Shown: piece by piece, positions 25,314 through 39,398 of the stretch | Position numbering within the stretch: the first letter of the stretch is position 1 | Layout of the letters: the number at the start of each line of letters is the position of its first letter | NCBI RefSeq assembly: GCF_006345805.1 | Contig: NC_043007.1 | Location: 47,492,001 to 47,556,000, forward strand | DNA: 64,000 bases | Reading direction: 5' to 3' | Origin: Octopus sinensis | Lineage: Eukaryota | Notes under the pieces: model-generated | Told to the model about the DNA's origin: nothing | The model's input: the letters and a program-made list of their open reading frames with translations, nothing else | Databases searched by the model: none | Made by a program: the position numbers and the translations under genes

Positions 25314-26905
25314 CAGTAGTTTTATTTTTATAACGTGCTTTCACTTCACTACCGAGCGCAACTCTGTGTGCCTTTTTTATGTGCTGTGGTTTGCTATGAT
25401 GTTCTTATGGTTACTGTATTGAAAGTGTTTTGCGTAGGATGTGTACAGTGCCTAGTACTGCAATTTTCTGTATGTTATATATATATTTGTAAGTCCTGGC
25501 GTTTTTGTTATTTATTTGTCTGAATATTTTTATCGTACTTTATGCACCCACTATGATAGAAATTGTTTCTGTTTTTAGATTCCACATTCTGGTTACCTCT
25601 ATTTCCAGGTTTTTGCATTTTGAAAGTTTTTCCCATAGTATGGTTGCTTTCTCGCTTTCTGTGACCATTTCTAGCGTATGCTTATACCATCATTTTCTGT
25701 TGATATTCTATAGTGTTGGCATAGCTTCCAGTTTATGTAGGGTCCTAACTCTGTCGTGTCTGTGAATATATTCCTTCTTAGCCAGGAGTGGGCAGCCAGA
25801 GATAGTATGATTTGCTGTTTCTTGTCCATCTCCACATATTCTGCAGTTACTTGTTATGCCTCATTTCATTATATATTTTTGGTAATTTCTGGTGGGGAGG
25901 CTTTTGTCTTGTGCTGCAATTAAAAATCCTTCAGTTTCTGCTTTGAGTCCTGAGCTTCTCAACCATTGCTGGCATTTTTCACTGTCTATTTCTTTTGCGT
26001 TTAGTTTAGCTCAGTATTTGCCATGAAGGAGCTTTTCTTACCATCGTTTTATCAAGGTCCGCTGCTGTTCTAGTTTTAGTTTGGATTTCATTTGTTTCTT
26101 ATTCTTTTTTTTCCTATTTGTTAGGTAGTAAGACTTCTTTTTTGTATTTGTCAGCTTCCTTAAATACTGAAAGCACTATGGTGGTTATTTATAATAGTTT
26201 TCCAGCTGTATAAGGTTTCTACCACCTTCTATACGTTGTATATATAGCCTTTCTATGTCAGATTTTGGGTAGTGCATCCTAGATCCTGTCATTATTTTTC
26301 TTGTTTTCCTGTCTATTTTGGTTAGTTCAATTAGTGTCCAGTTAAGGATATTGTAGCTGTGACTTATAACTTGGACGGCTAGGGTGTTGATACCTAGTAT
26401 CTTGTTTTTAGCATTGAGCTCTGTTTTCAGTATTGATCTAACTCGTCTATAGTATTCTTTCTTTATTTTCTCTTTCATTTGTGTGTGTTGTAATTCTCTT
26501 ATTTCATTGGCTTTATCGAGTGTGATGTTGCTACTCTCAATTAGTTTTCCTCTTTTCAAGGTTGCTTTGGCACATTTTTCTAAGCCAAATTTCATATTTA
26601 TTTCTTCGGTAAATCCATGTACTGTCTGTAGTAGTGTTTCCAGCTGTTTATTATCTGTAGCATATAGTTCTAGGTCATCCATATATAAGAGGTGGTTGAT
26701 TGTTTTGCCGTAACATTTGTATCCGCATCCAGTTCTATTTAGCATGTCAGATAAATGTGTCAGTGCCAAGCAGAAAAGGGGTGGAGAGAGTGTGTCTCCC
26801 TGCAATATTTCTCTCCTAATGGGGATAGCTTTGGTTTTCACGAGTTCCCTCTTTTGTTTGGAGCAGTAGCACTGTCTGCCATTTATTCATAGAGTGTCTT
26901 ATGTA

Positions 26906-26907
<2 letters not shown>
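25314..26907 (-). mobile_element. R4/Dong-like LINE, 5'-truncated, RT to RLE to 3' end
   Basis: ILQGDTLSPPLFCLAL..INHLLYMDDLELYA..MKFGLEKCAKA (26185-26841). Same 3' terminus as 22214; (AAT)n on both flanks. Confidence 0.9.
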
Positions 26908-26965
<58 letters not shown>

Positions 26966-27094
26966 CATCATTATTATTATTATTTAATATTCTTCCTTCA
27001 ATTTTGTTTTCATTTCTTACCGAGTGTCTTCCCAACACCTAAGGAAAAACTGTATATATCGATAGGTTATTAAAATAAACACGCAGGGCTGGCA

Positions 27095-27162
<68 letters not shown>

Positions 27163-27163
<1 letters not shown>

Positions 27164-27699
27164 GAGTGAGAGAGTAGTGCGTGCCATCAGGTGACACTGG
27201 GGTAAAATATACGAAGCCCAGTATACCCATCATGACTACCCGTCTGATAAAGATACACTAGGCACATGCATCACAAACATATATGCGCGACATGGTGATC
27301 TCATATCAAGATAAACAGCGCATGACCCTGCACGTGGGGCCAGTTAGAATTTGCTTCTTGTCGAGTAGCCCATCCTGCTCAAAAGGTCCCTGAATAGGGG
27401 TTGTTTAAGGATGTTGAACGAAACACCTATGTTTCTAGAGGTGAATTATTCAGACCCCAAAGAATCCCTCTCAACACATGGCTATGATGCTCCCGTTACT
27501 TCTGCCCGTGATCAGAGATGTACATATCATCAGCCATAAAGGAATATGCTCAACTGGTTATGGTCAAACAACTGACAAGCAAATCTGTGGTATTGAGCAG
27601 AATATTTGCTGTAGCACATCTCTTATACCAAGACAAAGCAATGTACATGATAACACTTCCAATCAGTTAAGATCAGAAGCCATGAGAGCCAATGTCTGG
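27163..27699 (-). repeat. Element X, copy 2
   Basis: Aligns to 23356-23878 and is flanked by (ATT)n. Confidence 0.75.
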
Positions 27700-27798
27700 T
27701 TATTATTATTTGTTAATATTCTTCCTTCAATTTTGTTATATTATGATTATTGTTATCATTATTATTATAATCATCATCATCATTGTCATTATTATTAC

Positions 27799-27869
<71 letters not shown>

Positions 27870-28344
27870 GAAATAGCATCAACAAACATATACATAACGC
27901 TCGCAGTTACAAAGCTAATCAAAAGATCTGAATTCATTTCATACGTCATATCTGCAATATTTGTATACACAAATAAAATGTACACACATACAGCTATTCT
28001 TAAATGCACATACATCATATAGTTCAGTAAATATACCTGCGCACACAAGTATGTGCATAAAAGAATGATAAGCTGTTAACGAAAGGGAATCCGGTTGAAT
28101 GCTGGCAGAAATTATTAAAGAAATATAAATTCAAGTGGATAAGGTGTCTGAACAATGAATTTCGACAAAATGAATATATTTATTATTCAGTAAGGGTGGC
28201 CCGGTGAAAGCTGTTGCAACAAATTAATTACAGAACTACTAAAGATTCTTGTATCTACAAATGATTGTACATTAGGAAGAGAGAGGTATTTTCTGGTTAT
28301 TGTTCGTTAGTGAATGTGTGCGTTTGCTTATTTCATTTCATTGT

Positions 28345-28960
28345 GCTGTGAGCTAGTAGAATCATTAAAACAGCAGAAAAAATATTGTGTCATTTCTGAA
28401 TTCAAATTCCGCTGAGGTCAACTTTGTCTTTCGTCCTTTCGGAGTCGAGAAAATAAAGTACCAGTCAAGTACTGGGTTGATCGAATCACTTTTCCCTTAG
28501 CCCTCAAAACTGTTGGACCTTTGCCAAAATTAGAAACAATTAAAAAGGCTGTGAGCGAGTAGAATCGATAATGCGTCGGAGAAAATACTTAGCGGCATTT
28601 CTTCTGACACTCTACGTACTGAGTTCTACTGACGCCTTGGTCAACTTTGCCATTCCTCCCTCCGGGGCTGTTAAAGTAAAGTACTTCTCTAAGTACTGGG
28701 TTTGATAGGATTGACTAGTTCCCACTACCTTAAGTTTTTATTTTTATACCTAAATCAGAAACGATTATTTCTCAGAACCCAAAACAGGTGGTAAATTAAT
28801 CTCAAAATTGCTGGTTTTGTATCAAAATTAGAAAGGATCATTGTTACTATCGATGGCGCTGAGTTTACTCAGTCATAGAAGCCTTGTATATCATGTGCCC
28901 TGATATTTGTTCTGGTTTTGTACGTGCTGAGTTCAAATACTCACGAAGTCAAATTATTTT
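28345..28960 (+). mobile_element. Cluster of about three degenerate SINE family B copies
   Basis: Repeated GAGTTC/AAATTCCGCTGAGGTCAACTTTG..GGAGTCGA.AAAATAAAGTACCAGTCAAGTACTGGG motifs at about 28345, 28550 and 28850. Confidence 0.55.
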
Positions 28961-29096
28961 ATGGTAAATAATGCATCAGTTAACTTCTGTGAAACTTCTT
29001 CTTTCTCTAAGAACTGATGTTTTTTTTTCTTCTTTTTCATTTTTCAGAAAAGAAAAAACATAATAGATAAAGCTTCAGGCTGGAATAGTTTTCAAA

Positions 29097-29363
29097 TCAA
29101 AGACAAGGTATATAAACAGAAGATAGTAGAAATCCCATTTTGAATTTTGCTTTCCTTTGTTTCAACCAGCGCAAAAAATCGACGAACTGGGGAGAGGCAC
29201 TGCGAAACACAGACGCACCACGTGGCAGTACAACATCACTAGACAATCCAGTCGGCAGATTAATGCCTAGGGTCGCATCAAGTGGCTTCCAACGGCGGAA
29301 GCCTGAACTACAACAAGCTTGTCCCACAGAAAACGTTTCCGGCAACTTTGGGGCACCTCTCCG
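29097..29363 (-). mobile_element. mariner-like 5' end fragment
   Basis: Minus strand begins TA|CGGAGAGGTGCCCCAAAGTTGCCGGAA, resembling the mariner TIRs at 4738 and 48102. Confidence 0.55.
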
Positions 29364-29387
29364 TACATATATATATATATATATATT

Positions 29388-29795
29388 GTGCGCAGGAATG
29401 GTTTTGTGGTAAGTAGCTTGCTTACCAACCACATGGTTCCGGGTTCAGTCCTACTGCGTGGCACCTTGGGCAAGTGTCTTCTACTATAGCCTCAGTCCGA
29501 CCAAAGCCTTGTGAGTGGATTTGGTAGACGGAAACTGAAAGAATCCCGTCGTATATATGTATATATATATATGTATGTGTGTGTGTATGTTTGTGTGTCT
29601 GTGTTTGTCCCCCAACATCGCTTGGCAACCGATGGTGGTGTGTTTACGTCTCCGTAACTTAGCGGTTCGGCAAAAGAGGGCGATAGAATAAGTACTAGGC
29701 TTACATAGAATAAGTCCTGGGGTAGAATTGCACGACTAAAGGCGATGCACCAGCATGACCGCAGTCAAATGACTGAAACAAGTAAAAGAGTAAAA
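29388..29795 (+). mobile_element. SINE family A, full length
   Basis: tRNA-like head (GTGGTAAG..GGTTCAGTCC), CCTTGGGCAAGTGTCTTC centre, internal (TA)/(TG) tract, tail GAAACAAGTAAAAGAGTAAAA. Confidence 0.9.
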
Positions 29796-30409
29796 TAGTA
29801 ATATATATATATATGATGAGCACAAGGTTGCATAGTGTATATGTCTATATGATGAGCGTGAGGTTATGTAATCGAATTGTCATAAAAGAATCAGTTGACT
29901 CCCAGCGTGAAACCGATTGGTAAGACCGGCTGTAATGTCAACCAAATGTCTTATAACAACTCGATTATGCAACTCTGCGCTCATTAGAGTTAGTAGTTAT
30001 GGAAGAAAATATCGCGAATATTCTTCTGTTACTGCCAACTCAGATGAGCTCTGGGTTGCATAATCGGGCTGTTATCTAACATCCGCTTAATTCTCAATGA
30101 GAAACCAGTTGATTGAATCGACCGTAATTGGGGTATAATACTGCATATTTCGTGTAGTATGCCCTTTTGACAGATACGCAAGTGAATACTTTTTCTGACT
30201 GATGGGTTCTTTTACATACGCATAATACATAATACAGATACATATATTTAAATATAATATAATTAAATATAATATAATTAAACATAAGACAAACTCTAAC
30301 TTGGTAGCGAGGTAAATATATACACCCTTAATCTCCTCGTAGTTTTGTAGAATGTAATGTGCACGTTAGACAAGGGCAGCGTCACCTACATCCTTCCACT
30401 ATACTTTTC

Positions 30410-30572
30410 TTAAATATTGATTTCAAATTTTGGCTCAACGCCAGCAAGTTTGGGGAAATAGCTGAACCCCCGACCCTGAAAAGAGAAAATGTAAAGCCGA
30501 CCTCGGTGGTATTTGAACTCATAATGTAAAGACGGGAGAAATGCCGCTAACGATTCTGCCAGCATGCCGCCT
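30410..30572 (-). mobile_element. SINE family B variant
   Basis: Reverse complement of GGCGGCATGCTGGCAGAATCGTTAGC..GAGTTCAAATACCACCGAGGTCGGCTTTAC. Confidence 0.65.
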
Positions 30573-30580
30573 ACTTCTTT

Positions 30581-30672
<92 letters not shown>

Positions 30673-31417
30673 TATATATACACAAATCGAAAACTAAAAA
30701 TAAGAAAGCAGCAAAAGTCAAAAGCACGTATAGATATATACATACACACTAGGTGAAAAAGACATACAAATATATGTGGCATATAAACTGTGAAAATATG
30801 CACTGCTTATATTAAACATATATCATGTATGTCTATGTATGGGAGAGAAAGAGGAAGAGAGAGTGTGTGTGTGTATGAGAGAGAGAGAGAGAGAAAGTGA
30901 GGGAGAGAGAGACAGAGAAAGAGGGTGAGTGTATACGTAGGAGAGGAGTGAATATGTGTGTGTATAGGAGAGTGTGTGTGAGAGGGTAGGTGAGAGAGAT
31001 AGTGTGTGTATTCGTGTGTGTGTGTACGTGTATGTGTGTTCGTGTGTGTGAATGTGTGTCTGTGTGTGTGAATGTGTGTGTGTGCGTGCTGTGTGTGTGT
31101 ATGTGTAGTAAATGTAGTACAAGTACATTCGATTATCACCTATCGCCTTAAGACTTGCAGAACATTTTCAAATATTATATTGTATGCAAGAGAAATGCCT
31201 CTATATTGATAACATATTGTGTCTGAAATATAATCACTGTCTCTGTTTAGTCTTTGGTTTCAGATTACAACGAATCGGAAATTTGAATTTTATTACATTA
31301 TGTCTATTTTATATCTAACTTTCAGATTAACTATATCTAACTTTTAGATTTTAGTCATAGATATCGCACTGCTTGCATCACGCACACATACACACATACA
31401 CACACACAAGCAGAACG

Positions 31418-31703
<286 letters not shown>

Positions 31704-31845
31704 ATTTCAATTATCCGCACCAACGCACGGTTGCAACGCCAGATGGTTGTACCTCCAACCGTGCTGTTTACTGCTGTGATTTTTGCTACTAAGGTATCGG
31801 TTAAACTGTTGATTAATCTACTACAAGATTATTCATCTTTCTATT

Positions 31846-31877
<32 letters not shown>

Positions 31878-31985
31878 ATCTATATATCTATATCTATCTA
31901 TATATATGTATGTGTGTGTACATATATGTATGTATGTATATATGTATGTATGTAGTATGTATGTATGTATGTATGTATGTATGTA

Positions 31986-32412
31986 TGACTGTGTGGTAAA
32001 AAGCTTGCTTCCCAGCGACATGGTTCCGGGTTCAGTCCCATTGCGTGGCACCTTGGACAAATGTCATCTGCTTAGCCTCGGGCCGACCAAAGCCTTGGGA
32101 GTACATTCGTATGTTTGTATGTATGTATGTATGTATGTATGTATGTATGTATGTATGTATGTATGTATGCATACATGTATGTATGTATGCATGTATGTAT
32201 TTGTGTGTCTGTGTTTGTCACTCACCATCGCTTGACAACCGATGGTGGTGTATTTCCTTCCGAAACTTAGCGGTTCGACAAAAGAGACTAAAAGAATAAG
32301 TACTAGGCTTACAAAGATTAAGTCTTGAGGACGAGTTGCTCGACTAAAGGCGGTGCTCTAGCATGGCCGTAGTCAAATGACTGAAACAAATAAAAGAGTA
32401 ACAGAATAAAAG
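31986..32412 (+). mobile_element. SINE family A, near full length, internal (TATG)n
   Basis: Same head, centre and tail as 29388. Confidence 0.9.
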
Positions 32413-33734
32413 TATATGTGTGTGTGTATATATACATATATATATGCGTGTGTATGTGTGTCTGTGCGTATGTGTGCATATATATATATATATACTTTCA
32501 ATATAGTGGTTAGGTAACTACTAGAGTTATTGGTATTACTGGTTATGATATACATAGCAAATATAGGAGAAATTAAGATAAACATAAGTTTATATTAATA
32601 GACATTCTTACGTTTCACCTTTCATATATAAATATGTATGTACAAGTATATATATATAAAGTAAATTGGACATGGGCGATCGTTTTATTCTTTCTTGTCT
32701 TGAGGTTCACAGCCAAACGGCTGGGTGGAGTAGCGTGGAAAATGGCACACAGGTAGAAACAGGTGCATAGATTGTGCTGCGATTTGTATTTTTTTCTTAT
32801 CCCCCATAGTTACCGAGAAAATCGATTAAAACTTTTTTCTAATGGAATTCCGGTTTGTTCCGCCATTAAAACAACCTGTTGCTCACACAGCCGCCATATA
32901 CCAATCCACTAGCAACAAAGGGATTACAGGATGACAGTCAGCCAAAACTCACTATGCTGTCTCTCTTCTTTCACCTCTTTGTGGGTTTAATAATCTTCAT
33001 CTTTAGTTACGGTATCTCATTCAAACTACATAATAGGCAGAATTAGCAGAGTAAGACAGTAGGGTGTTTTGAGGGAGATTTGGCTGCTATTTCTACCAGG
33101 TATAGCTACCATGTAGAGGTCTGAACTTAATTTTCATTCACATTTCAAAAATTTAACATACTCTTTTCCATAAATCAACTATCGTAAAAAATTTATACGA
33201 TGACCTCCCATTTTCTATGTATGTGTGTGAACCTTAAAAGACGTCAATCATCACGACACACACCTTCACACACTCACTCTCTCTCTCTTTCTCACCCTCT
33301 TTCTCTCTCACATACACAGGCGCAGGCACGCGCACACACACACACACACAGACGCGCGCGCGCGTCCATTTAATATATTTTCTTTCAATTTCTGCTCTCT
33401 GCAAATAAAATTTTTACGGATACAACTACTTACAAAAATAGGGATTATCGTATAATTTCTTTCTATGTTCATAAAATCAATGTTTTAATGGTTAGACAGA
33501 GGTCCAATAGAATAGCCCTCACAAACAGACTACGTACAAATTCGTTCTTTGCAACTCCTGAAGCTGTTTTCTGACGGTTGGAGTCAGAAAATTTTCCTAC
33601 AGCTGGAGGCTCCAATCGAAACAGGGGACCCGAAATGATAAGGTTGAGAAACTCTGTTATAGATTAGGCCTAACCGAACACGATCGCAGCCACATCATCC
33701 AAACTGACCGGGTGAAACCGGGCTTAGTTGGTAG

Positions 33735-33776
<42 letters not shown>

Positions 33777-33862
33777 TGTGTGTGTGTGTGTGTACATATG
33801 TGTGTGTGTGCATATATATATGTATGTATGTATGTATATAATATGTATGTATGTATGTATAA

Positions 33863-33931
<69 letters not shown>

Positions 33932-33959
33932 CATGTATATATATATCTGCACCTCTTTC

Positions 33960-35000
33960 AGTGTATTGTGAGTCGTTATTTCCGCATGTGACTATGAAAT
34001 CTAAAGTAGCTTCCATGCCATCGACCACAGATTAGGTACTTCTTGACTCGCTAGAGGAGAAGTGTACCTTGATCGCTTCGATCTGCTTTCTTCGTTCGCA
34101 ATTAGTGGATTGATGTTCGGTTCATGTTATATCAAATATTGCGTTCCATCACAGAAGGTTGTTTTCTCTCTTGTTTACGACATGCTTTTTGAAATTGCTT
34201 TACAGTTTTTGTTTCAACTGGTCCTCTGTCCTCCTAACTTGTGTTGGTTTTCATTCATTTAAGTGTAACGCTGATCCACCATTCACACGCGTTGAGTATG
34301 TCAATAACTGTAGTGTTACTGACTACTTGGTCCGGCGATTCTTTCGTCAGTTCTACAGCTGGATAGACATTATTCTTGCTTAGAAATTTCTGGTGTATAT
34401 TCCAGTTTATTTTCACGTCACTCATAACTTGCTCCGGATTCAGACTCAAGTAGACGAATTCGTACAGTTGCCTTAAACACTAAACGTTTGGTTGATTGTC
34501 TTGCATCACGATTTTCGTACGCCTGATTCTTTAGAGAACAAATATTGCGATCCAGTAGTATATGTCCTCATCAGTATCTGTATTCTACAATCTATGACTA
34601 TCAAGATACTGCTATACTCTACTTTATCTACTTCCTGTCCATGTACTTGAAAACCTGAACCAGATTCTTAAATTCTGGACGCTTATTGACGCATAGCATT
34701 TGTTTTACTCATATTGAAAGCTAAACTCGAATTTCAATGTTTTCAACTTTCCAGAGACCCTCACTATATGATTTTGTTTTAGCTGATACAGTATTTTTCG
34801 GTTCACATTCTGCTATTTGTCTTCTTTAAGATAATAGCTGATTTGGCCACCATTTCTAACGTGTCTCTCGAACATGCGTAGGCTTCGTCATCGGGTAGCC
34901 ATACATATGTATTTAGATCTAACTTAGATTTGTCGATATGTTTAAATATGGACGACTGTCCTCACTCTCTAGAGATGATTATATATCATTTATTGACAAT
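33960..35000 (-). pseudogene. Highly degenerate Penelope-like element fragment
   Basis: Broken frames with remnants such as LKQKL..FKKHVVNKRENNLL, resembling the GIY-YIG R.KEH region. Weak similarity judged by eye. Confidence 0.35.
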
Positions 35001-35261
35001 TTAATATGACAATCTATTATTCATTGGTAATTGAAGATTTATCGATAATTTTAAAATCCAAAAGAGTAAAGCCTCATTATACGGAATATATATATTATCT
35101 GATGAGATGCACGCTCACCGTGAAATTACATATATATATACATATGTGTGTTTGTGTGTGTATGTGTATGTAAGTAAACGTCTGTTTACGTGTATATACA
35201 AGTGTATGTATCCATCTGTCTATCTATCTATCTATATCTATTTATCTTTGTATGTATATAT

Positions 35262-35292
<31 letters not shown>

Positions 35293-35434
35293 CGTATCTA
35301 TGTATCTTTGTATCTATATATATAGGTGTGTATATGTGCGTGTATCCGTATATCTATGTGTGTGTCTGCGTATATATATAAATATGTATGTGTATGTGTG
35401 TGTACCCTATACCTAATTAACAAAGGAATATGGG

Positions 35435-35522
<88 letters not shown>

Positions 35523-36011
35523 AAGTATAAGTAGTCACATATTTAAAAATATATACGGATAGCTTAATGCTTATCTTATAGGCTTACGTAAATTAATATA
35601 TATGTGTATGTGTGTGATCGTGTGAATATACGTGTGGTATTGTTTTAGTGTGTATATTCTGTTTTTCCACGAGATAACACAAACACACATTCACTGAAGA
35701 TAAATGATTGTTCTCTGTTCTGTGTATGTACCGCGGTGATGTATCATTCGATATAAGTGTGTATTTAATTTTTCTCATATGTACGTGCGTGTGTATGTGC
35801 ATGCGTGTGTGAGTGCGTGCGTGAGAGTGTATCCATAGAACAGAATTAAAACCCAGAGATAATGATCGTCATACATTTATCATAATTATTTCCCTATTAT
35901 GTATTATTTACTCTGTTCTTCCACCAGTAATTTCCCTTTATGATAATAAAACTTTTATTCTCCTCCAAGGTTTCTTCATCAGATAATTTTTTATGGAGGT
36001 TTTCGTTTGAT

Positions 36012-36258
<247 letters not shown>

Positions 36259-36389
36259 ACATCAACAAGCTTATAAAATATCTCTGTCTTCTGTTTTATA
36301 GCTTTTCACCATTTCTGAGAAATTTGAAAGTGACAGAATTATAAAAGAGCAATGTGTGTGTGTAGGGGGTGCGTGTTGTATATGTTTAA

Positions 36390-36535
36390 ACTGTGGTCAC
36401 GCTGGAGCATCGCCTTGAAGAACCTTTCGTCGAATGAATTGACCCCAGTTCTTATATTCCCAAACCGCTAAGTTGTGGGGTGCACACAAACCAACACCGG
36501 TTGTCTGGCGGTGATGGGAGAGAAACACAAACACA
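36390..36535 (-). mobile_element. SINE family A, 3' fragment
   Basis: GCTGGAGCATCGCC..TTGACCCCAG..CCGCTAAGTT..ACCAACACCGGTTGTC. Confidence 0.65.
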
Positions 36536-36578
36536 TTGGACAATATTTATTTTATTGTTTTTGTTATAATGTTTTTAG

Positions 36579-36764
36579 CTTGTTTGTTTTTCGTCCCTTT
36601 ATTGATTTTGTCTCGCGTCTGCAAATTAATACCCTGGTTCTACAAAAAGCTCCGCTCTATGGGAGACTCGTCAGAAGAGAAACAAATAAATTCTGTCTTC
36701 GAAGAGTCTTTTTTCGAGGATGGTCGTTATTGTTGTTGTTGCTACTGATGCTATATATCTTCAG
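36579..36764 (+). CDS. Candidate 186 bp exon (phase 2-2) ending in a hydrophobic segment; product unknown
   Basis: TTTTTAG acceptor, perfect CAG|GTAAGT donor, length divisible by 3, open frame ..GRLVRRETNKFCLRRVFFRGWSLLLLLLLMLYIF. No homology recognised, and part of the hydrophobic run is (TTG)n. Confidence 0.25.
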
Positions 36765-38064
36765 GTAAGTCCCTGACTGAACAAACTTATGATCCAGGAC
36801 GTTCCACCCGTAACAATTATTTCCAGTTTCTTTAGGTAAATGCTTATGTCGATCCATATTATCCAATATGTCTTACCTCTTTCAAAACGCCATAGTATCT
36901 TGAGGAAGGATAGGTTATTCATTTTAGTAAATTGAATGAGAGAGTATGTGCTCCCTCATTAACTGGCTATACTTATGTCGTTTACCCCTAAGGCATCCTT
37001 GATCAAACAAACCTATAATCAAAATTCATTCCAACTATGATCATCTTCACGTCTTTCCTTATCTCATACATAATTCTTAGCATCACATTCCTTAGATATA
37101 AAAGATGTAAAAGATTGCCTTCAAATACAAGACTTCTAACGGTCAAGCTGTCGTCGTCGTTGTTGTTGTTGTTGTTGTGTTGTTGTTGTTGTTGTTGTTG
37201 ACGTTGTTGCTGTTGTTGTTGACGTTGTTGTTGTTGCTGTTGTCGTCGTCGTTGTTGTTGTTGCTATTTTTGCTGTTGTTGTTGTTATGTGTGTATGGCA
37301 AAATAGCGTTTCGTTATTTTTCAGTAAGGCCTGCCTAACCCCTTCGTTCTCCCTTGTTTTCTATCTTGGCTAACTTTCGTTGTCACTGCTAATTGTGACC
37401 GAAAGAGTTAGTTTTCTCATCTCTTGGCCATCAGGACAGGATGATATTTTCCAACGAACACCAAGATCATGCTCCATACCGTATTAGTACCGGTAGTAAC
37501 TATAATTTATTGCATTTTAAGTCTTCTATGCAGAAAGTGCGTAAATGATGTTTACTACGCATGTGTAGCAACTGAGATTTCTGTCTTGGATTCTCAACCT
37601 TTTCACCTTCTTTTCAGCACATTCTTCAGGACACAAAACTGGAATTCCTTTCTGCTCTTGTGAGATCAGTACGACGTCTATGACCATGATGATCTTCCTA
37701 AACTCATATCACCGCAAGTGACGTAACATTGACTACCAGTTCGTATTATGCCATGACTGTGATTACGAAGCAGAGGTCGATGTCACAACCGTTGTCTCTA
37801 ATAGTGATCCTTATATTCTCGTCTCTAAATATGAGTATAGTTAACTGGCAGGTAAATACATCATTATCTGCGCTTGTAATTTCATCCAATACCCTCTTTT
37901 GAAGACAATGCATATTGTGCCATACCCTCTTGTGGGGCAAGAAAAGCTCTGTAACCTTAGAAAGGGGAAGATAAATTACACCCTGCTGTCCTGCAATAGA
38001 TTCTGGTAAGCCGGTACAAAGCATCTTGTCAGCAAATTCTTCATATTATCTAGAGTTTAATTAG

Positions 38065-38250
38065 GGCGGCGGCCTGACAGAATCGTTATCATGCCGAGTA
38101 AAATGCCTACCGGCATTTTGTCTGACTTTACATTCTGAGTTCAAATTCCACCGGAGCCGACTTTGTATCAGTTTAACATTGGGATCGATTTAATCGACTA
38201 AACCCCTACCCTGAACTTGTCGGCCGTATGTTTAAATTTGAAACTATTAT
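38065..38250 (+). mobile_element. SINE family B
   Basis: GGCGGCGGCCTGACAGAATCGTTA..GAGTTCAAATTCCACCGGAGCCGACTTTG. Confidence 0.75.
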
Positions 38251-39282
38251 TTGCTTGGCATTACATTTCTTAACGTTTTCGTTTGAAGTAAATGCATGTT
38301 CCTGTCGTTCTTCTTATTCTTCTTGTGAAACTTGCTGACTTTGCAGTTCTTTTATTGCTTTCCCTTTAGAATAGTTGATGCCGATACAGATTCACAATAA
38401 TTTTTTTTCAGATTCTGAAATTTCTCCGCAATAAACGTCCTTGACCTCGTGTTCAAATATCTGATACTTATTCTCATCACGTTGCTTAACTTGCTCGTAA
38501 ATTACAACGCTTCAGTTTGTTGGTTATTTATTAAATTTTCGAGCTATTAGTGTTAAACATTTGGGTTTAATGGCTATGGTACGGCTTGTAATAAATGTTC
38601 ACTTGCTTTCAATTTTTTTCTTAATTTATTTAACTAATTACTTATTTATTACTATTTATTTATTGCCGCTTTCTGTATATTGTTATTTTGTAGCCAAATA
38701 ATTCAATTATTGAATAAAATTTGTTTGATTATGACAGTTTGCGATGTGATTTTATGCATGCATTATTCAATTAATTTTATTTAAATGATTTAAGATCATT
38801 GTCGAGCGAAAGATCGCTGTTAATGATTTTCTCAATAGATTTATTCCTTGTTGACAAGACACTTTTATGGTGTTTGGTTAACTTCTACAGTTAAATATTT
38901 GATGTCAGAGGTGTGAAGTCGCTGCTCACATTGCTCATAGAATAGTCAGATTAACAATGGAGCGACGATGTGACTGTTCATATTCTGCACTACTCTACTA
39001 CTAAGCGAGTGTACGCCTGAAACTTCAAGGCAATTCAGTCCTGTTTGACTCAGATCATCTAATGGTCAGACTGAGGTACAAACGTGCCAAAGACTCTAGC
39101 TTAGATCTACGAGGAATAGAAAGCAACTTTCACTCAGCTAGCACCTTACCATCTTACAAAAGTTTACATGAGATCATGTCATCTGAAATGCAATGTATCT
39201 GAGGAAGGCGGAATAGTCATGGTCGGAACATATTGTATCTTAGGCGAGCACTATCAGGGAAGACTTAGAGATAACCTACAAC

Positions 39283-39319
<37 letters not shown>

Positions 39320-39320
39320 C

Positions 39321-39398
<78 letters not shown>

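Noticed and set aside
29815-30082. CRISPR-like array
   Set aside because: The repeats are degenerate, of mixed orientation and irregularly spaced, in eukaryotic DNA with no cas genes.
35099-35126. CTGATGA...GTGAAA hammerhead-like string next to a PLE remnant
   Set aside because: No consistent stem II or III and no NUH site.
37430-38560. Moderately GC-rich unique region with 92-aa and 64-aa ORFs
   Set aside because: All frames are interrupted and no motif could be assigned. It may be an old TE or exon, but this is unsupported without a search.
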